This document shows positions 20,501-30,432 of a stretch of DNA of 64,000 bases, piece by piece; position 1 is the first letter of the stretch, and each line of letters opens with the position of its first letter. Under the pieces are notes generated by a model, which saw only the letters and a program-made list of their open reading frames with translations, was not told the origin of the DNA and made no database searches. Both the position numbers and the translations under genes were made by a program. Origin of the DNA: an uncultured virus (IMG/VR IMGVR_UViG_3300017773_000003) (taxonomy: Duplodnaviria > Heunggongvirae > Uroviricota > Caudoviricetes); the IMG/VR virus record IMGVR_UViG_3300017773_000003. One strand, written 5' to 3'.

Positions 20501-22485
20501 TAGGTAACACTTATGTAGCTTGGGTTAACAAATCGTCAACAGACGCACTATTGGAATCTAATAACAAAATAGACTCATTTAAAGCTTCTATATCAGATAG
20601 ATTTAAAGCAAAAGGGCATGATGTAAATCATTTGTTTGGTATGATCGATGATAAAGGAAATCCTATCAGACATATACCTCGTATATTTACTACTCCTCTT
20701 ACAGAAAAAGATGAGTTTGGTAATGATAAAATTAAACCTCAGCTAAAATCTACAGAACTAAGTAGATCATTGTATTTATTAGGGCAATCTGCTTTTGAAT
20801 ATGACATGAAAAGAGAAATAGAAGATGAGCTATTACTTATAGAGCTTATACTTCAAGAAGGTCTTGTAAATGAAATAGCAGAAGATAGAAAAGGGGCAGC
20901 AGTAAAAAAAGCTTTTGGTCAAGTGCACAACGTATTTAATACTGCACAAACGAATGCGCAAAACTTTACTGATGTTATAGACAATGCTTTATACGGTAGG
21001 ACTTTAAAAGATAAAGATGTTATTGTAGGCGATGATATAAGTTTAGTTAAAACAGGATTAACTTTAAAGAACTACGCATCTGTTGGAGCTCTTGGTTTAA
21101 AAGTTCCTGTAGCTGTAGGTGCTGGAGTAGCTGGTATTATAGGAGTACACATTCAAGGATCTAAAGGTTTACACTTTAACAACAAGCAAGTGTTAGAGGC
21201 GGAAGCGGCAATTATAAAAAGAGATCCTAAAGTTAGAGCTGTGATGGAGCATTTTCAATTAGCTGTACTAGATGTATCAAAACGTAAAGGGGAAATGCTG
21301 TCTAGTAATTACCGCGCAAAGTTTATGACTGGTGATCGTTGGTTTGAATTTTTAGCTCAAGCTGATTTACAAGTAGATACTATATTAGCCGTTGCTATGG
21401 CTAAAAATCATGGTATAGATTCTGAAGGCAATTTAAAAAGACTAGCAGAGTTACCAGATGGTACTAAATCTGTCTACGACTCTATGGAAGTTACAGATAA
21501 CGATAAATATACTTTTAGTGGAGCTCAGAATAAATATTTTGTAAAAGTTCCAAATGAAACAGAGAATTCTTTTAACAGTTTAAGGGCTAGACATGGAATC
21601 ATAAGTAACAAAATAAAAGGTACAGCGTCTCCTGAAGCAATTAACACTGCAGGTATGAAACTTATCAACAGATTTTTCTTACATTATAGATCATGGTTAC
21701 CAGGATTAGCGTTAGAACGTTTTGGTATAACAAGATATGACCATATTTTAGAACATTTTGATCAAGGTACCTGGAGAGGCTTCTTTGGGAACTTTGGGCC
21801 TGATGCAGAATTTGATAATATGGGAGACTTAGTTAAAGCTGAGTTTGCTATGACAGAATTTTTAGCAGCCACTTTAGTTGATATAGGTAAAATAACATTA
21901 GATATTGGGACCTTTGGTTTAACTAATTCGCACACTATAAAAGAAGGAAAAGCTCAGCAAGAGTTTGAGTTATTCTTAGCTGATAGAACAGAAGATGCAG
22001 ATTTTGATTTTAAAGGAGATCCAGCAAAACGAGAAGCTGCATTTCAGAAGTTTTTAGAAATGAAACGAGGAAATCTTAGAGGTACTTTATCTGAATTAAG
22101 AGCAGTTATTTTATTAGGACTACTTGTAATGGGGTTAGGCGGTGACTGGGATGACGACGGCAAAATTGATATACGTCAAAGCTGGTTAGGAAGAAAAACA
22201 TATAATGTTCTTAATAGAGTATATAGAGAAACAGCTGTATTTTGGGATCCAACAGAATTTGTAGGACCACGATCTACAGGTATACCTTTACTTGGGTTAG
22301 TGCAAGATGGTATTAAGCTTTTAAACAATAGTGCAGACGAACTTGGTGATAGACTAACTGGTAAGCAAGGGGTTGAGACTGATCGTATAGAGGCAGGGTA
22401 TTACACATTTAAATTAGCTCCCGGCCTAGGTGCGTTAGCAAAAGCTATGGAAATTTACCCTCAACACAAAACATCTAAAACATAA
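17509..22485 (+). CDS. Giant virion protein with degenerate zincin-like motif and PD-(D/E)xK nuclease domain
   Basis: 1658 aa. EETVH occupies the place of HExxH. GTKGH...E...GGTIDML...IYDYK nuclease motifs are present. Last gene of the RNAP cluster. Confidence 0.7.
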   Translation: MSCRIERSTEGKIETVKTRYGQESPLFKEMNSLINDGRNEDLAYAAYLKATNDAANIGILQEPALVNNIVQNVLMDVNDNFDKWNNISKELKFSEANQQLQNDLFYFLDKIGVKVETVDTLTNDRGETINATGLADLTNRTVQLVTGKADMSTLTEETVHFIVEVLRADGNPLFKSMYNMIQDYSEYKEVANPDGFYYKKYNGDIDLLKREAIAKVITKHLINGDVANEKKEKVSRLERWWQRVLNMLSKMFGKTQTDPFAEAALGVVNRSLENVMQSDPAGIEVSGVFYQEDLSKSILDQLDEDSKNYENKEITIDKVTNDDLKRHWKKIAGDDPKIKRYVAIAGPYKGKELKFRGSDRTAEIFKQKFVGYKSESEKELDMHNQNIRMAMGTKGHLIMEDLIDYHFEGKGSINAIIQGVGSMMKAEHVNRLSLAMKSLKKTIDDQQKAINKQNGTKGKYVIRKEQFIADEKNQVGGTIDMLVLYSDGSASIYDYKFKSSNAQYSKERRGRLSITGDMFASSLEGYDSQIGHYKDALLSKYGVTRVRQSRIVPVAVRYESKDGRLSNSLTALEAYVDPSILSKKDAKSQIESLDGTTLDWLRPIPVAQETTDDKQVNNLIESEMRRYKKLVVQRKNAPFADRAALDEVINESLAMIRALQHNKDISIGLTNIFKIVRVAEAGIGVHDEFITKEGEQVLNPKYLSEKQLREVYGELIHFQAYTTLNDVSNKIKKSNTKNSKELVKKLESASFSIGTTIKALEEFMVDRMDMRAKEKGINNFRYNRIQSKVNSYINVSQQSNPYSRYVTNVMNKANGAKVKFEAKLIAEIEAQDELLKQYAEENGMSLREVYEQKILNSDTHNLYAKYKTEFYDIKNDRIEKGDHLWMKKHHTINLERFNRDFPEWQKREYNRIEQHFGPTNKAGIKAAKVKWNKRYDLLNSTQAWLDAGKYWLNINEEATQEYVTDEFKEIQSDSRLKSYYDFHVNKIKEFGDKFGKNLGNTYVAWVNKSSTDALLESNNKIDSFKASISDRFKAKGHDVNHLFGMIDDKGNPIRHIPRIFTTPLTEKDEFGNDKIKPQLKSTELSRSLYLLGQSAFEYDMKREIEDELLLIELILQEGLVNEIAEDRKGAAVKKAFGQVHNVFNTAQTNAQNFTDVIDNALYGRTLKDKDVIVGDDISLVKTGLTLKNYASVGALGLKVPVAVGAGVAGIIGVHIQGSKGLHFNNKQVLEAEAAIIKRDPKVRAVMEHFQLAVLDVSKRKGEMLSSNYRAKFMTGDRWFEFLAQADLQVDTILAVAMAKNHGIDSEGNLKRLAELPDGTKSVYDSMEVTDNDKYTFSGAQNKYFVKVPNETENSFNSLRARHGIISNKIKGTASPEAINTAGMKLINRFFLHYRSWLPGLALERFGITRYDHILEHFDQGTWRGFFGNFGPDAEFDNMGDLVKAEFAMTEFLAATLVDIGKITLDIGTFGLTNSHTIKEGKAQQEFELFLADRTEDADFDFKGDPAKREAAFQKFLEMKRGNLRGTLSELRAVILLGLLVMGLGGDWDDDGKIDIRQSWLGRKTYNVLNRVYRETAVFWDPTEFVGPRSTGIPLLGLVQDGIKLLNNSADELGDRLTGKQGVETDRIEAGYYTFKLAPGLGALAKAMEIYPQHKTSKT

Positions 22486-22496
22486 AACAACCAACA

Positions 22497-22529
22497 GTAA
22501 AAAAGGGGGGCAAAGCCCCCTATTTTTTT
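22497..22529. terminator. Bidirectional intrinsic terminator between convergent gene blocks
   Basis: GGGGGC-AAA-GCCCCC hairpin with an A-run on the left and a T-run on the right, exactly where the + and - blocks converge. Confidence 0.85.
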
Positions 22530-22936
22530 CTATTATCAAATTGTTTGTGATTATTTAATACGTATTGAATAAACATTAAATTACACATAGCATGACCAAT
22601 GTGCGATTTACCGCTTTCAGAATCCAAATCTTCTCCTTTTTGAAAAGCAATAATATGTCTAAACAAGCTCCCTAATAACTCAGTTATAAGTTGCCCTTTT
22701 TTCCAATTATCTCGAGAATATTTAGTTTCTCCAAACATTAAGACTTCAACAAGAGGTTCAAGAGACTCGAAATCAATTTGATCCCAAGCCATTTTACCTT
22801 TATTGTGCCTATCTGCATACTTATGCTCGTCTGGCCACTCTTTTGATCTATTTATTACTCCTGGTTTATCTATATAACCTACAGTTTTTTTAGAAACAAA
22901 GTCGTATTTATACCTTACAAAGTTTTCTTTTGACAT
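22520..22936 (-). CDS. dATP/dGTP diphosphohydrolase-like protein (DUF5664 type)
   Basis: Motifs GK..W, VLMFGETKYSRDNWKKG, SLFRH and DSESGKSHIGHAMCNLMF are characteristic of this family. Confidence 0.8.
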   Translation of the reverse strand: MSKENFVRYKYDFVSKKTVGYIDKPGVINRSKEWPDEHKYADRHNKGKMAWDQIDFESLEPLVEVLMFGETKYSRDNWKKGQLITELLGSLFRHIIAFQKGEDLDSESGKSHIGHAMCNLMFIQYVLNNHKQFDNRKK

Positions 22937-23673
22937 TTGTATGTGTTTGAATTAAACGTCTCGTCTTCAAAATTAATTATACTTAATAGCTCCGCATTTG
23001 GATGCAATTTTACACCTAGTTTAAAACTTAAACGTTCGCGGCGTTTTGCATCTTTATATAAAATTTGGCCTATTTCACTATTAGAAGTTACTCCATGAAA
23101 TGTTAGTATATCTTTTTTATACCCAGTAGACAATTTAGAGTATCCGCCTCTCATAAGATGCGTGTAATCTTCTTCGTATTCTGCAGGTATATCAAATACA
23201 AACATAACAGTTTGAGTGTCAGGATCATATGTCTTTCTAAAATTTGGAAACTCACTAAGTGTTTTTTCAAATTGTATAAACATAGGATCTCCTGACCATC
23301 TGTATAACAATGCAATGCAATGTGAATCATTATCTGTAGCGATAAAACAATTCATAAATAATCTATCCCAAAAAAAGTTTGATCTTTGCCCGCCTAACAT
23401 AGGAAAGAGAAAAGTAGAAGATTTAGTTTTTTTAGCGGTAGATAGTAAATATATGGTTCTTCCATTTATTACTTTCTCCTCAATAATATTAACTTTATAT
23501 CTTTGCTTTTGTACCTCTAGAGTTAGCCCCAGCTCTATTGAGCTAGTGGGGCTTTCTAGGGAGATAATCTTTCCATTATCAGTTCGGGGGGTTAAAATTT
23601 TGGTTCCGCCTGTAATACTAAATGATAATGCATCAGTAGGCGTGTAGATTAGTTTATCGCAAGTTACTGCCAT
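22915..23673 (-). CDS. Hypothetical phage protein
   Basis: 252 aa ORF overlapping both neighbours in the operon. No motif recognised. Confidence 0.7.
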   Translation of the reverse strand: MAVTCDKLIYTPTDALSFSITGGTKILTPRTDNGKIISLESPTSSIELGLTLEVQKQRYKVNIIEEKVINGRTIYLLSTAKKTKSSTFLFPMLGGQRSNFFWDRLFMNCFIATDNDSHCIALLYRWSGDPMFIQFEKTLSEFPNFRKTYDPDTQTVMFVFDIPAEYEEDYTHLMRGGYSKLSTGYKKDILTFHGVTSNSEIGQILYKDAKRRERLSFKLGVKLHPNAELLSIINFEDETFNSNTYKCQKKTL

Positions 23674-24434
23674 AGCTCGGAGTCTTTATTGGTTTCAAAT
23701 TTATGTAGCACTAGCTCTGGTAGCTTGATCCCGGTTTCTCTTTCGAGTTCCTCCTCAGTTTTGAGGATGTAGACCAATCTGAATGTCTCTGTAAATTTAA
23801 GAATTCCTTCGTGTATACCAAATTTTTCTATATATTTATTTAGTACAATTTTAGGATAATCTCCCATACATTCGTCATTCAACCACAGTGCGGCTGTCTT
23901 TTCACCAACTTTCGGTATTCCTGGTATCCCATCTGTAGGGTCACCCATAAGCATTTGCTTCCATAAGAATAGTAAGCCTTCCGCAGGGGTAGTCTCAATC
24001 CATTCTGCTGTTCGATAATTATAATGCTTGCCAGGCAGCTGCTTTAACACATCTTTATCTGGACTACACACTACAATCCTTGCCCAGTCAGGTGGATTGT
24101 GTGCATACATGCATACTAAGTCATCAGCTTCTACTTCTGTTAAATACGTACATTTCCAAGTTTGTTGTAAATATTCTTTTAATGCATAAAATATAATCGG
24201 TCTATCTGTCTTCTTACGGTTTCCTTTGTATTTTCGTGTTTCTGCTCTATCATATCTAAAGCACCTTCCTACTGTCAAAAATCCAGCAAAATCAGTGGCT
24301 TTAGTCTCTCTTAGGATAGTTGTCATCCTATCATCAATACCTGCTATAGCTTCTTCTAGAGTAGGCTTGTTCATTTCAAAATAAATCAAGCTGTCTGCAT
24401 CTATAAGAGCTGTAGTCGTTGAAACCTTTTCCAT
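23664..24434 (-). CDS. 5'-3' exonuclease / flap endonuclease (T7 gp6 / PolI N-terminal type)
   Basis: LIDADS, YKGNR, EADD, SPDKD and GDPTDGIPGIPKVGEKTA (H3TH) motifs. Confidence 0.9.
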   Translation of the reverse strand: MEKVSTTTALIDADSLIYFEMNKPTLEEAIAGIDDRMTTILRETKATDFAGFLTVGRCFRYDRAETRKYKGNRKKTDRPIIFYALKEYLQQTWKCTYLTEVEADDLVCMYAHNPPDWARIVVCSPDKDVLKQLPGKHYNYRTAEWIETTPAEGLLFLWKQMLMGDPTDGIPGIPKVGEKTAALWLNDECMGDYPKIVLNKYIEKFGIHEGILKFTETFRLVYILKTEEELERETGIKLPELVLHKFETNKDSELWQ

Positions 24435-24459
24435 CTTTTCTAATTTTAAAGTAAAGATA

Positions 24460-24478
24460 AAGGGGCACTAGGCCCCTT
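24460..24478 (-). terminator. GC-rich hairpin, possible terminator/attenuator
   Basis: AAGGGGC-ACTAG-GCCCCTT inverted repeat after the rIIB-like gene. The U-tract is weak. Confidence 0.5.
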
Positions 24479-24500
24479 CATCAACCAATTTAACACACAG

Positions 24501-25670
24501 TTACAAAGCATTCAGCTCAGCGACTTCTCTGTCAACTTGAGCTTTGCTTTCTAACTTTACCTTTACTGCTTCTGTCCGCATTTCTTGCCATTCGGCATCA
24601 GTCATAGCTGCATAGGTTGAACTGTGGTAAATTGATCCATTTACTCCTGCAAGAGAAGAATGAACAAAGTATTGCTTGCAACGTATAGCACCGTCTACAT
24701 CATCAGGCACTGCACCAATGTGCATAGGATCCGCAAATATATTGTGAATCTCACCTGAATAGAACGCGATATACTTAAGGCCACCAATATGAAGACCTTT
24801 TACGCAAGATGTAAAATCATTAGTATTGACTTGGTCCCAAGAAGCTAATCTGTGAACACAACCAACTTTAATGAAATGTTGAGGAGATGAATACCCGTTA
24901 TCACCTTCGCAATAAAACGCATCTCCACCTGAACCCATCATTGCAGGTTCAAATAGGCGGTCTTCTACGTGCTCAGGAAGGCCATCTCCTTGTATTTCGC
25001 CAGTATCAGGATTGAACGTACGAGCGTAACGATCTACTTGCTCCCCTGTTTCTGTGTCATACTTATGCATAATCTCTTTAGATACTTTGTAACCATTAAG
25101 AAGACCCTCACGAGTAATCTTCATTTGATACATAGTAGCACGAGCAGTAGCAATTGCTTCACTTAGACCTTGCTCTTCCATGAGCTCTTCTTTAAGTTTA
25201 GGGTGCACATACTGCATATTAACAAAGTTAAAGAAGCGATTAGAGAAATCTATTCCTCTATCACATTCAGCTTTCTTTGCTAATACAGGATTACGCAACC
25301 ATCTGGTCCACATTTTAACTAGTGGCTCAAATGATACACCCTTGTCAATAGACTCGAATATTCTATCTACCAACGCTTGAGGCATAGGAATAGAAGAAAC
25401 AACTCCTTCACTCTTAAGGAAGAACTCGCCTGTATTCTTGTTTACATGAATGTAAGGGCATTTTGACTCTACTGTTTTAGTATAGTCTACAACACAAAGA
25501 GCAGCAAATTTAGACATAAGGTCTTTATATGCGTCCATATCCTGTACGGATGCGGATTCATCTACAAGCTCCATCATTTCTGCATAAGTGTCTTCTGTGT
25601 ACTGCACTGCAAACGGTGTGTCACCGTAAGAGCCGCAGATTTTGTCGTCGATAACGTTAACTGTAATCAT
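24501..25670 (-). CDS. rIIB: rIIB-like protein
   Basis: ITREGLLNGYKV and VNTNDFTSCVKGLHIG resemble rIIB motifs (GxxxAYKxV; D...TCSxGLH). It lies directly downstream of the rIIA-like ATPase. Confidence 0.7.
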   Translation of the reverse strand: MITVNVIDDKICGSYGDTPFAVQYTEDTYAEMMELVDESASVQDMDAYKDLMSKFAALCVVDYTKTVESKCPYIHVNKNTGEFFLKSEGVVSSIPMPQALVDRIFESIDKGVSFEPLVKMWTRWLRNPVLAKKAECDRGIDFSNRFFNFVNMQYVHPKLKEELMEEQGLSEAIATARATMYQMKITREGLLNGYKVSKEIMHKYDTETGEQVDRYARTFNPDTGEIQGDGLPEHVEDRLFEPAMMGSGGDAFYCEGDNGYSSPQHFIKVGCVHRLASWDQVNTNDFTSCVKGLHIGGLKYIAFYSGEIHNIFADPMHIGAVPDDVDGAIRCKQYFVHSSLAGVNGSIYHSSTYAAMTDAEWQEMRTEAVKVKLESKAQVDREVAELNAL

Positions 25671-25729
25671 CTGTTTTCTGTTTATTAAATTGAGTTACTA
25701 AATTACAAAATTTTAAGAAGATGCGCAAC

Positions 25730-28537
25730 TTATTGTGCGCTATCTTCCTCTAATTCAGGTTCTTCCGGCAGGACGTCACTGACATCCCACTCGTTTTTAC
25801 CTTTACATTCTAAGTAAGAAATTATCTCTTTCTCTAAGTCTAGAGTCATAGATTTATTTTCGTTTATACCGTCTATAGCAGAAAGTAAGTGCTTAACATC
25901 TTCAGAAAATTCTAGTATGTTATTATACATATCTAGTATTTCTATGTTAACGCCTACACATTCTCCTATATCAGATAGAACAAACAATTCCCTACTTTTG
26001 TTACTAATTAGCTCAGCTGAGTTAGCCTCGCTTTCTACTTGTTTACAATACAATTGAAACTCCATAAGCTTTTCAGCTTGCTTAAACACATCAGTTTCGT
26101 CTAGATTTCTGTGTCTGTAGTATTCAAATGAATTTTCTCTAGCTTTAATAACTTTCTTGTAGATCTTGTGAAGCCCAGGATTAATCCTTTTAAAGCTTGA
26201 TAAGAATTTAAGATCTTGTATTTCAGTTACTTTAGTAGCTGTAAACCATGTAATCATTGAATCATCCATTGTGTATCCTCCTTTATCATTCATTTGTAAG
26301 AAGAACTCACTAATGTGTTTACAATTTGGATTCTTCTTGATGTATTTAACTTTATTTTCACTTACCCTGATCAACTGCGGCGTATCCCATGTCTTAACTG
26401 CTTTTGCAGTCCAAGAATGGAAATTACCTCTGTTTTCACCATATGTCTCTCTAAGAGAAACAGCTGGTTCTTCATAATAGAATATTGGGTGCTGCTGATC
26501 AGTATCCCAACTAGACCATGTATTCTCTGGGTAAACTTCTTTAAAGCTAGGGGCTTGCACATGTAAGATTTTAGCTGCTAGATGCATTAAATCTTCATCT
26601 GCTTTAGTGCAATAATAAATACGAGACTCGCTTTCCATAAGATCTTTGGCCTTTGGCTCTATCTTGTCAAGGGTGTACTGTTTATTATCATTACGTCTCT
26701 TATCAAATCTAAGAGAATAAGCAACCATACGCTTTTCTATCTCACGGCGCTCTGCAGGAGAAATGTTATCAAACTTGGATACTTCCATAGCTTGCTCTTC
26801 TTCTGTAGTGAACTCCGTAGTCCAGTCTTCAGGTACTACTACATCATCATAAGAATGATAAAACTCAGACTCTTTAAAGTATTTAAGTACAGCTGCACGT
26901 TTACGTGAGACTCTACTTTTCTCTTTAATTAGTGCAAGCTTACCTTCTCCTTGAGCTATAGCAATCTTACTGTCAAACTTAGCATCTAGATCTTCCAGAG
27001 TAAGTACTGAAGGACGACATTCCTGTTCTCCACCTTTAATAAGATATGCATCCGTCAATCTATTGAAAGATACATTCTCTTTAAAATAGAAATGCTTAGG
27101 CTCTATACCACCCCACACTACTAATTTGTCATCTCTTACAGATTTAAACTTACCTTTCTCAACTTCATATAAAAGCTTAGTAATTTTAAATCCTTCGAAT
27201 AACTTAGTAGGAACTGCGTATCGTATACGTTTATCACCAGGGAACGTAGGACTAATCATGTCTTTATCTATAATATTAGATAGTTTGTTTAGAACACGAT
27301 TCTCACTACGAGCACCACTAACAAGTGCACGAGTCTTAGAAATCCAATCAATGAAATCCTTAGTGTCTAGCTCTTCCTGGACTACATTAGTAGCCTCTAT
27401 CGCAGCTTTCTTAATAATACCTTGAACATACGCTTTAGTAGCTTCGTTCCATATTACCTTCTCACGCGATGGAGTTACGTCAACACCTTCTTGTATAACT
27501 GTTTCCACGCCGTTGTCATCTACTACAACCTGTCTCATAGGACATTTGAATGCAATAGCGCCATACAGTTGCTCCATTTCTAATTCTCGGAAATCTATGT
27601 GACCATAGTTAATACCTGTTTCAGCTTGCGGATTCTTTACCACAAGTACATGTGGTTTAGAATATGTATAGCCATCACTGATAATAAGATGCTCTGAGCT
27701 GTAAATCACATCGTTCTTAAAGTTAACTTCATTTACATAGCCGCTTTCGCCTACAATTGAAAAGTTAACGTTGTTTAAGTAATTTAGTTGCTCTTCTATA
27801 GCTTCTTTGTACTTACGTCTATTATGTTTCTTAGTTCTGAAGCTTACTTCCGTGTAATTCTTAGAATCTGATTCTTCATAATATACTTTAGTACCATCTG
27901 AGAATGTAACAAATGGGTTTTGTTTACCTGCTTCTACATTGAAAGCTGGTATAATGAAATCAGTCTTGTAATTGTAGCAATTACATTTAAATCTCATTCC
28001 GTTGTAGACAGTTTCTATAGTATAGAAATCAACGCCGGTAGACAATGCTGCTTTAGCACCTAAGCCAAATGCACCAAAGTTCTCTGATGTGTTACGCTTA
28101 GTAGAATACCCTAGTTCTAGGACACCTTCTAGTCTGCGTGCACCAATACCTACGCCGTAATCCATTACTGAAAATGTATCACAATAGCCTACACCTTCAC
28201 TTTCAGTATAAGTAAGATCTATCTTATTCTTATGCTTGTCTAGATGTAAAACATTGTAGTACTCTGCATTAAAGTTACTGTCTTCGTACTGTGCGCCTGA
28301 GCGCGTAATGTAATAGTCTTCTGCTTTCTTCTCTCCACTTAGTATTTCTAATGCTATTTCTTTCTCCCTCTGTGAATCACAAGCATTAGTTGTGAGCTCG
28401 CGGATGGTACTCGAAATTGGCATAGAATACTGCGTTGATTGCAGAATGTCAAAGACCATTCTCTTTGCCCCTTCGTTGATCTTTTTCTCGATCCCTTTAG
28501 AGCCTTTAATCTGTGTGTCAATGGTTTTTATACTCAT
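25730..28537 (-). CDS. rIIA: rIIA-like protein with N-terminal GHKL (Hsp90-like) ATPase
   Basis: IRELTTNACDS, DYGVGI, STKR...GAFGLGAK and VTPSREKV motifs. Paired with the rIIB-like gene. Confidence 0.8.
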   Translation of the reverse strand: MSIKTIDTQIKGSKGIEKKINEGAKRMVFDILQSTQYSMPISSTIRELTTNACDSQREKEIALEILSGEKKAEDYYITRSGAQYEDSNFNAEYYNVLHLDKHKNKIDLTYTESEGVGYCDTFSVMDYGVGIGARRLEGVLELGYSTKRNTSENFGAFGLGAKAALSTGVDFYTIETVYNGMRFKCNCYNYKTDFIIPAFNVEAGKQNPFVTFSDGTKVYYEESDSKNYTEVSFRTKKHNRRKYKEAIEEQLNYLNNVNFSIVGESGYVNEVNFKNDVIYSSEHLIISDGYTYSKPHVLVVKNPQAETGINYGHIDFRELEMEQLYGAIAFKCPMRQVVVDDNGVETVIQEGVDVTPSREKVIWNEATKAYVQGIIKKAAIEATNVVQEELDTKDFIDWISKTRALVSGARSENRVLNKLSNIIDKDMISPTFPGDKRIRYAVPTKLFEGFKITKLLYEVEKGKFKSVRDDKLVVWGGIEPKHFYFKENVSFNRLTDAYLIKGGEQECRPSVLTLEDLDAKFDSKIAIAQGEGKLALIKEKSRVSRKRAAVLKYFKESEFYHSYDDVVVPEDWTTEFTTEEEQAMEVSKFDNISPAERREIEKRMVAYSLRFDKRRNDNKQYTLDKIEPKAKDLMESESRIYYCTKADEDLMHLAAKILHVQAPSFKEVYPENTWSSWDTDQQHPIFYYEEPAVSLRETYGENRGNFHSWTAKAVKTWDTPQLIRVSENKVKYIKKNPNCKHISEFFLQMNDKGGYTMDDSMITWFTATKVTEIQDLKFLSSFKRINPGLHKIYKKVIKARENSFEYYRHRNLDETDVFKQAEKLMEFQLYCKQVESEANSAELISNKSRELFVLSDIGECVGVNIEILDMYNNILEFSEDVKHLLSAIDGINENKSMTLDLEKEIISYLECKGKNEWDVSDVLPEEPELEEDSAQ

Positions 28538-28884
28538 CTTAATTTGTTATTTAATAAATTAACATACTTTTGTTGATATTCTGATAGATAGGTTTTAGGT
28601 ATAGGTAATACTTTTAATTCAGCATAGTTAGTTGTCCAAGATATAGCGCCAGGAAACCATTTATTTTCTCCTGCTCTAATCTTATCAAAATACTCTTTCA
28701 TACCGGATTTTGATAATGTAAATTCAGGTATTGTATAATACCAAGCTTTACGATCTTGACCATCTTCTGATGTATAACCGTTACCATCCCATCCCCAAAA
28801 TATAGCAAAAGAAAAGCCGTTGTGTTGAACAACGGCTATTATGTCTCCTCGTTGGAGAGCATTTACTTTCTCATGTCTTGTCAT
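28534..28884 (-). CDS. Hypothetical protein (start moved to ATG 28884)
   Basis: ATGA overlaps couple it to both neighbours. Confidence 0.65.
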   Translation of the reverse strand: MTRHEKVNALQRGDIIAVVQHNGFSFAIFWGWDGNGYTSEDGQDRKAWYYTIPEFTLSKSGMKEYFDKIRAGENKWFPGAISWTTNYAELKVLPIPKTYLSEYQQKYVNLLNNKLR

Positions 28885-29312
28885 AATTGTTGTACTAATT
28901 CTAAAACTTCTATACATTGTTGCCTATTTCTAGGCATAAATAGAACGTACGTCAGGCTATTCTCTTTCAGATGTTTTTTAAACAACTTCCATCTCAAAGG
29001 GAATGACTCGTTAGCGTATCCTTTTGTCTCGATTATCCATTTACCATTAGGATCAACAAAATCAGGAGTATATGTAATAGGTCGTATTTTACTACCTTTA
29101 TTACACAACTTAGCTTTTGTTCCTTCATAACATGCTTGTGGATATACCATTCCAGGGAATACAGTAAATGTATGTTTTTCGTAATCAACTTTAATCTTAT
29201 TGTCGTCTAGCATTTTATACATATGCTTTTCTAAAAGAGATTGAAATTGAATTCCTTTATATACATTTTTCTTAGCGCTTACTTTAACTTTACCTTTCTT
29301 CTTATAACCCAT
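28881..29312 (-). CDS. PD-(D/E)xK endonuclease, T7 endonuclease I/DUF1064-like (putative resolvase)
   Basis: FQSLLE...YTPDF...IIETKG motifs. Confidence 0.8.
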   Translation of the reverse strand: MGYKKKGKVKVSAKKNVYKGIQFQSLLEKHMYKMLDDNKIKVDYEKHTFTVFPGMVYPQACYEGTKAKLCNKGSKIRPITYTPDFVDPNGKWIIETKGYANESFPLRWKLFKKHLKENSLTYVLFMPRNRQQCIEVLELVQQL

Positions 29313-30432
29313 TTGCTACAATATTAGTTTGGAAATTACCTTCATACCCTCTGTCTTTACTCCATATATGGGCCTGACCTACACGCTTGGTGCCAACATA
29401 AGCTTTATTCTTATGCCATTCGTCATTACCACATATAGATGGAATAAACCTGACTTTAGTTCCCATAAACTCATTAAGCATCTCTTTATGATAATGCCCT
29501 AAATGTGCTTCTCGGAATGTAGTCTGGCTCCACATGATTGGTTGCTCTGTAGCCATAAGTAAAGGGATTTTATCCGCTTTAACTTTATCGCCATGGAAAT
29601 GCAATATCATGTTTGTTCCATACTGATAGTATTTACGTTCTTCTAAACTATTATCTACTGTAATATTTGGATTGTTTGAAAACTTAGCTTCAAGCAGGTC
29701 ACCTACATAGAACATACGTTCATAGTCATGGTTACCTTGCACTATAATCACATCTACTGGTGCGTATTGTGAAAGATACGTAATTGCATACTCCATTAAC
29801 TGCCAATAACCACGGAAAGACTCTCGCCATCCCATGTAATCATCTTGCGGCGTTCCTGCAGTAGTTGTTTTACGTAATCCTTCAGAATTCATACCGTCGT
29901 TACCAATTGGAAGTAATATTCTGTCTATATGTAATCCTCCTGCTTTAGATATGAGGTTTACTAGGACTTTCATATAGTCATCTATTAACTTCTGTGGGCC
30001 TTCCCCTGATACTTTACCATAATGTATATCCGGTAATGATATTTCTAACATTACTGGATCTTCTAGAAAAGCGTATTTTATTGCATCAACTTTAGGGGCA
30101 TCTTCTTTAACTAGATCTATGAATTCTTGTTTCATATTTCCAAATTCATGCCACTGATTTTGAGTTACAACAGAATATCTTTGGTCACCATTAGCCGCTT
30201 GCCAAAACTTAACAGATTTTACATCTGCCATAGTAAGGCCATTTGACTCTAAGTGTTCTTTAAATTCTGGGGCGTGCACATTATCGTTAGAATTAACGCC
30301 TAGTGCTTCTCGACGTGCAGCGTGTGCTACTGTTTCTGGTACTTCAAATTTCTCTGCTAACCAGGCTGATCCTTTTTTCAAATAGCCTGTACGTTCTCTT
30401 AAAAATTCAACTATCTCCTCTTTGTTCATCAA
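29302..30432 (-). CDS. Calcineurin-like metallophosphoesterase
   Basis: DIHYG, GND, GNHD, HGD and GHYH metal-binding motifs. Confidence 0.85.
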   Translation of the reverse strand: MMNKEEIVEFLRERTGYLKKGSAWLAEKFEVPETVAHAARREALGVNSNDNVHAPEFKEHLESNGLTMADVKSVKFWQAANGDQRYSVVTQNQWHEFGNMKQEFIDLVKEDAPKVDAIKYAFLEDPVMLEISLPDIHYGKVSGEGPQKLIDDYMKVLVNLISKAGGLHIDRILLPIGNDGMNSEGLRKTTTAGTPQDDYMGWRESFRGYWQLMEYAITYLSQYAPVDVIIVQGNHDYERMFYVGDLLEAKFSNNPNITVDNSLEERKYYQYGTNMILHFHGDKVKADKIPLLMATEQPIMWSQTTFREAHLGHYHKEMLNEFMGTKVRFIPSICGNDEWHKNKAYVGTKRVGQAHIWSKDRGYEGNFQTNIVANGL

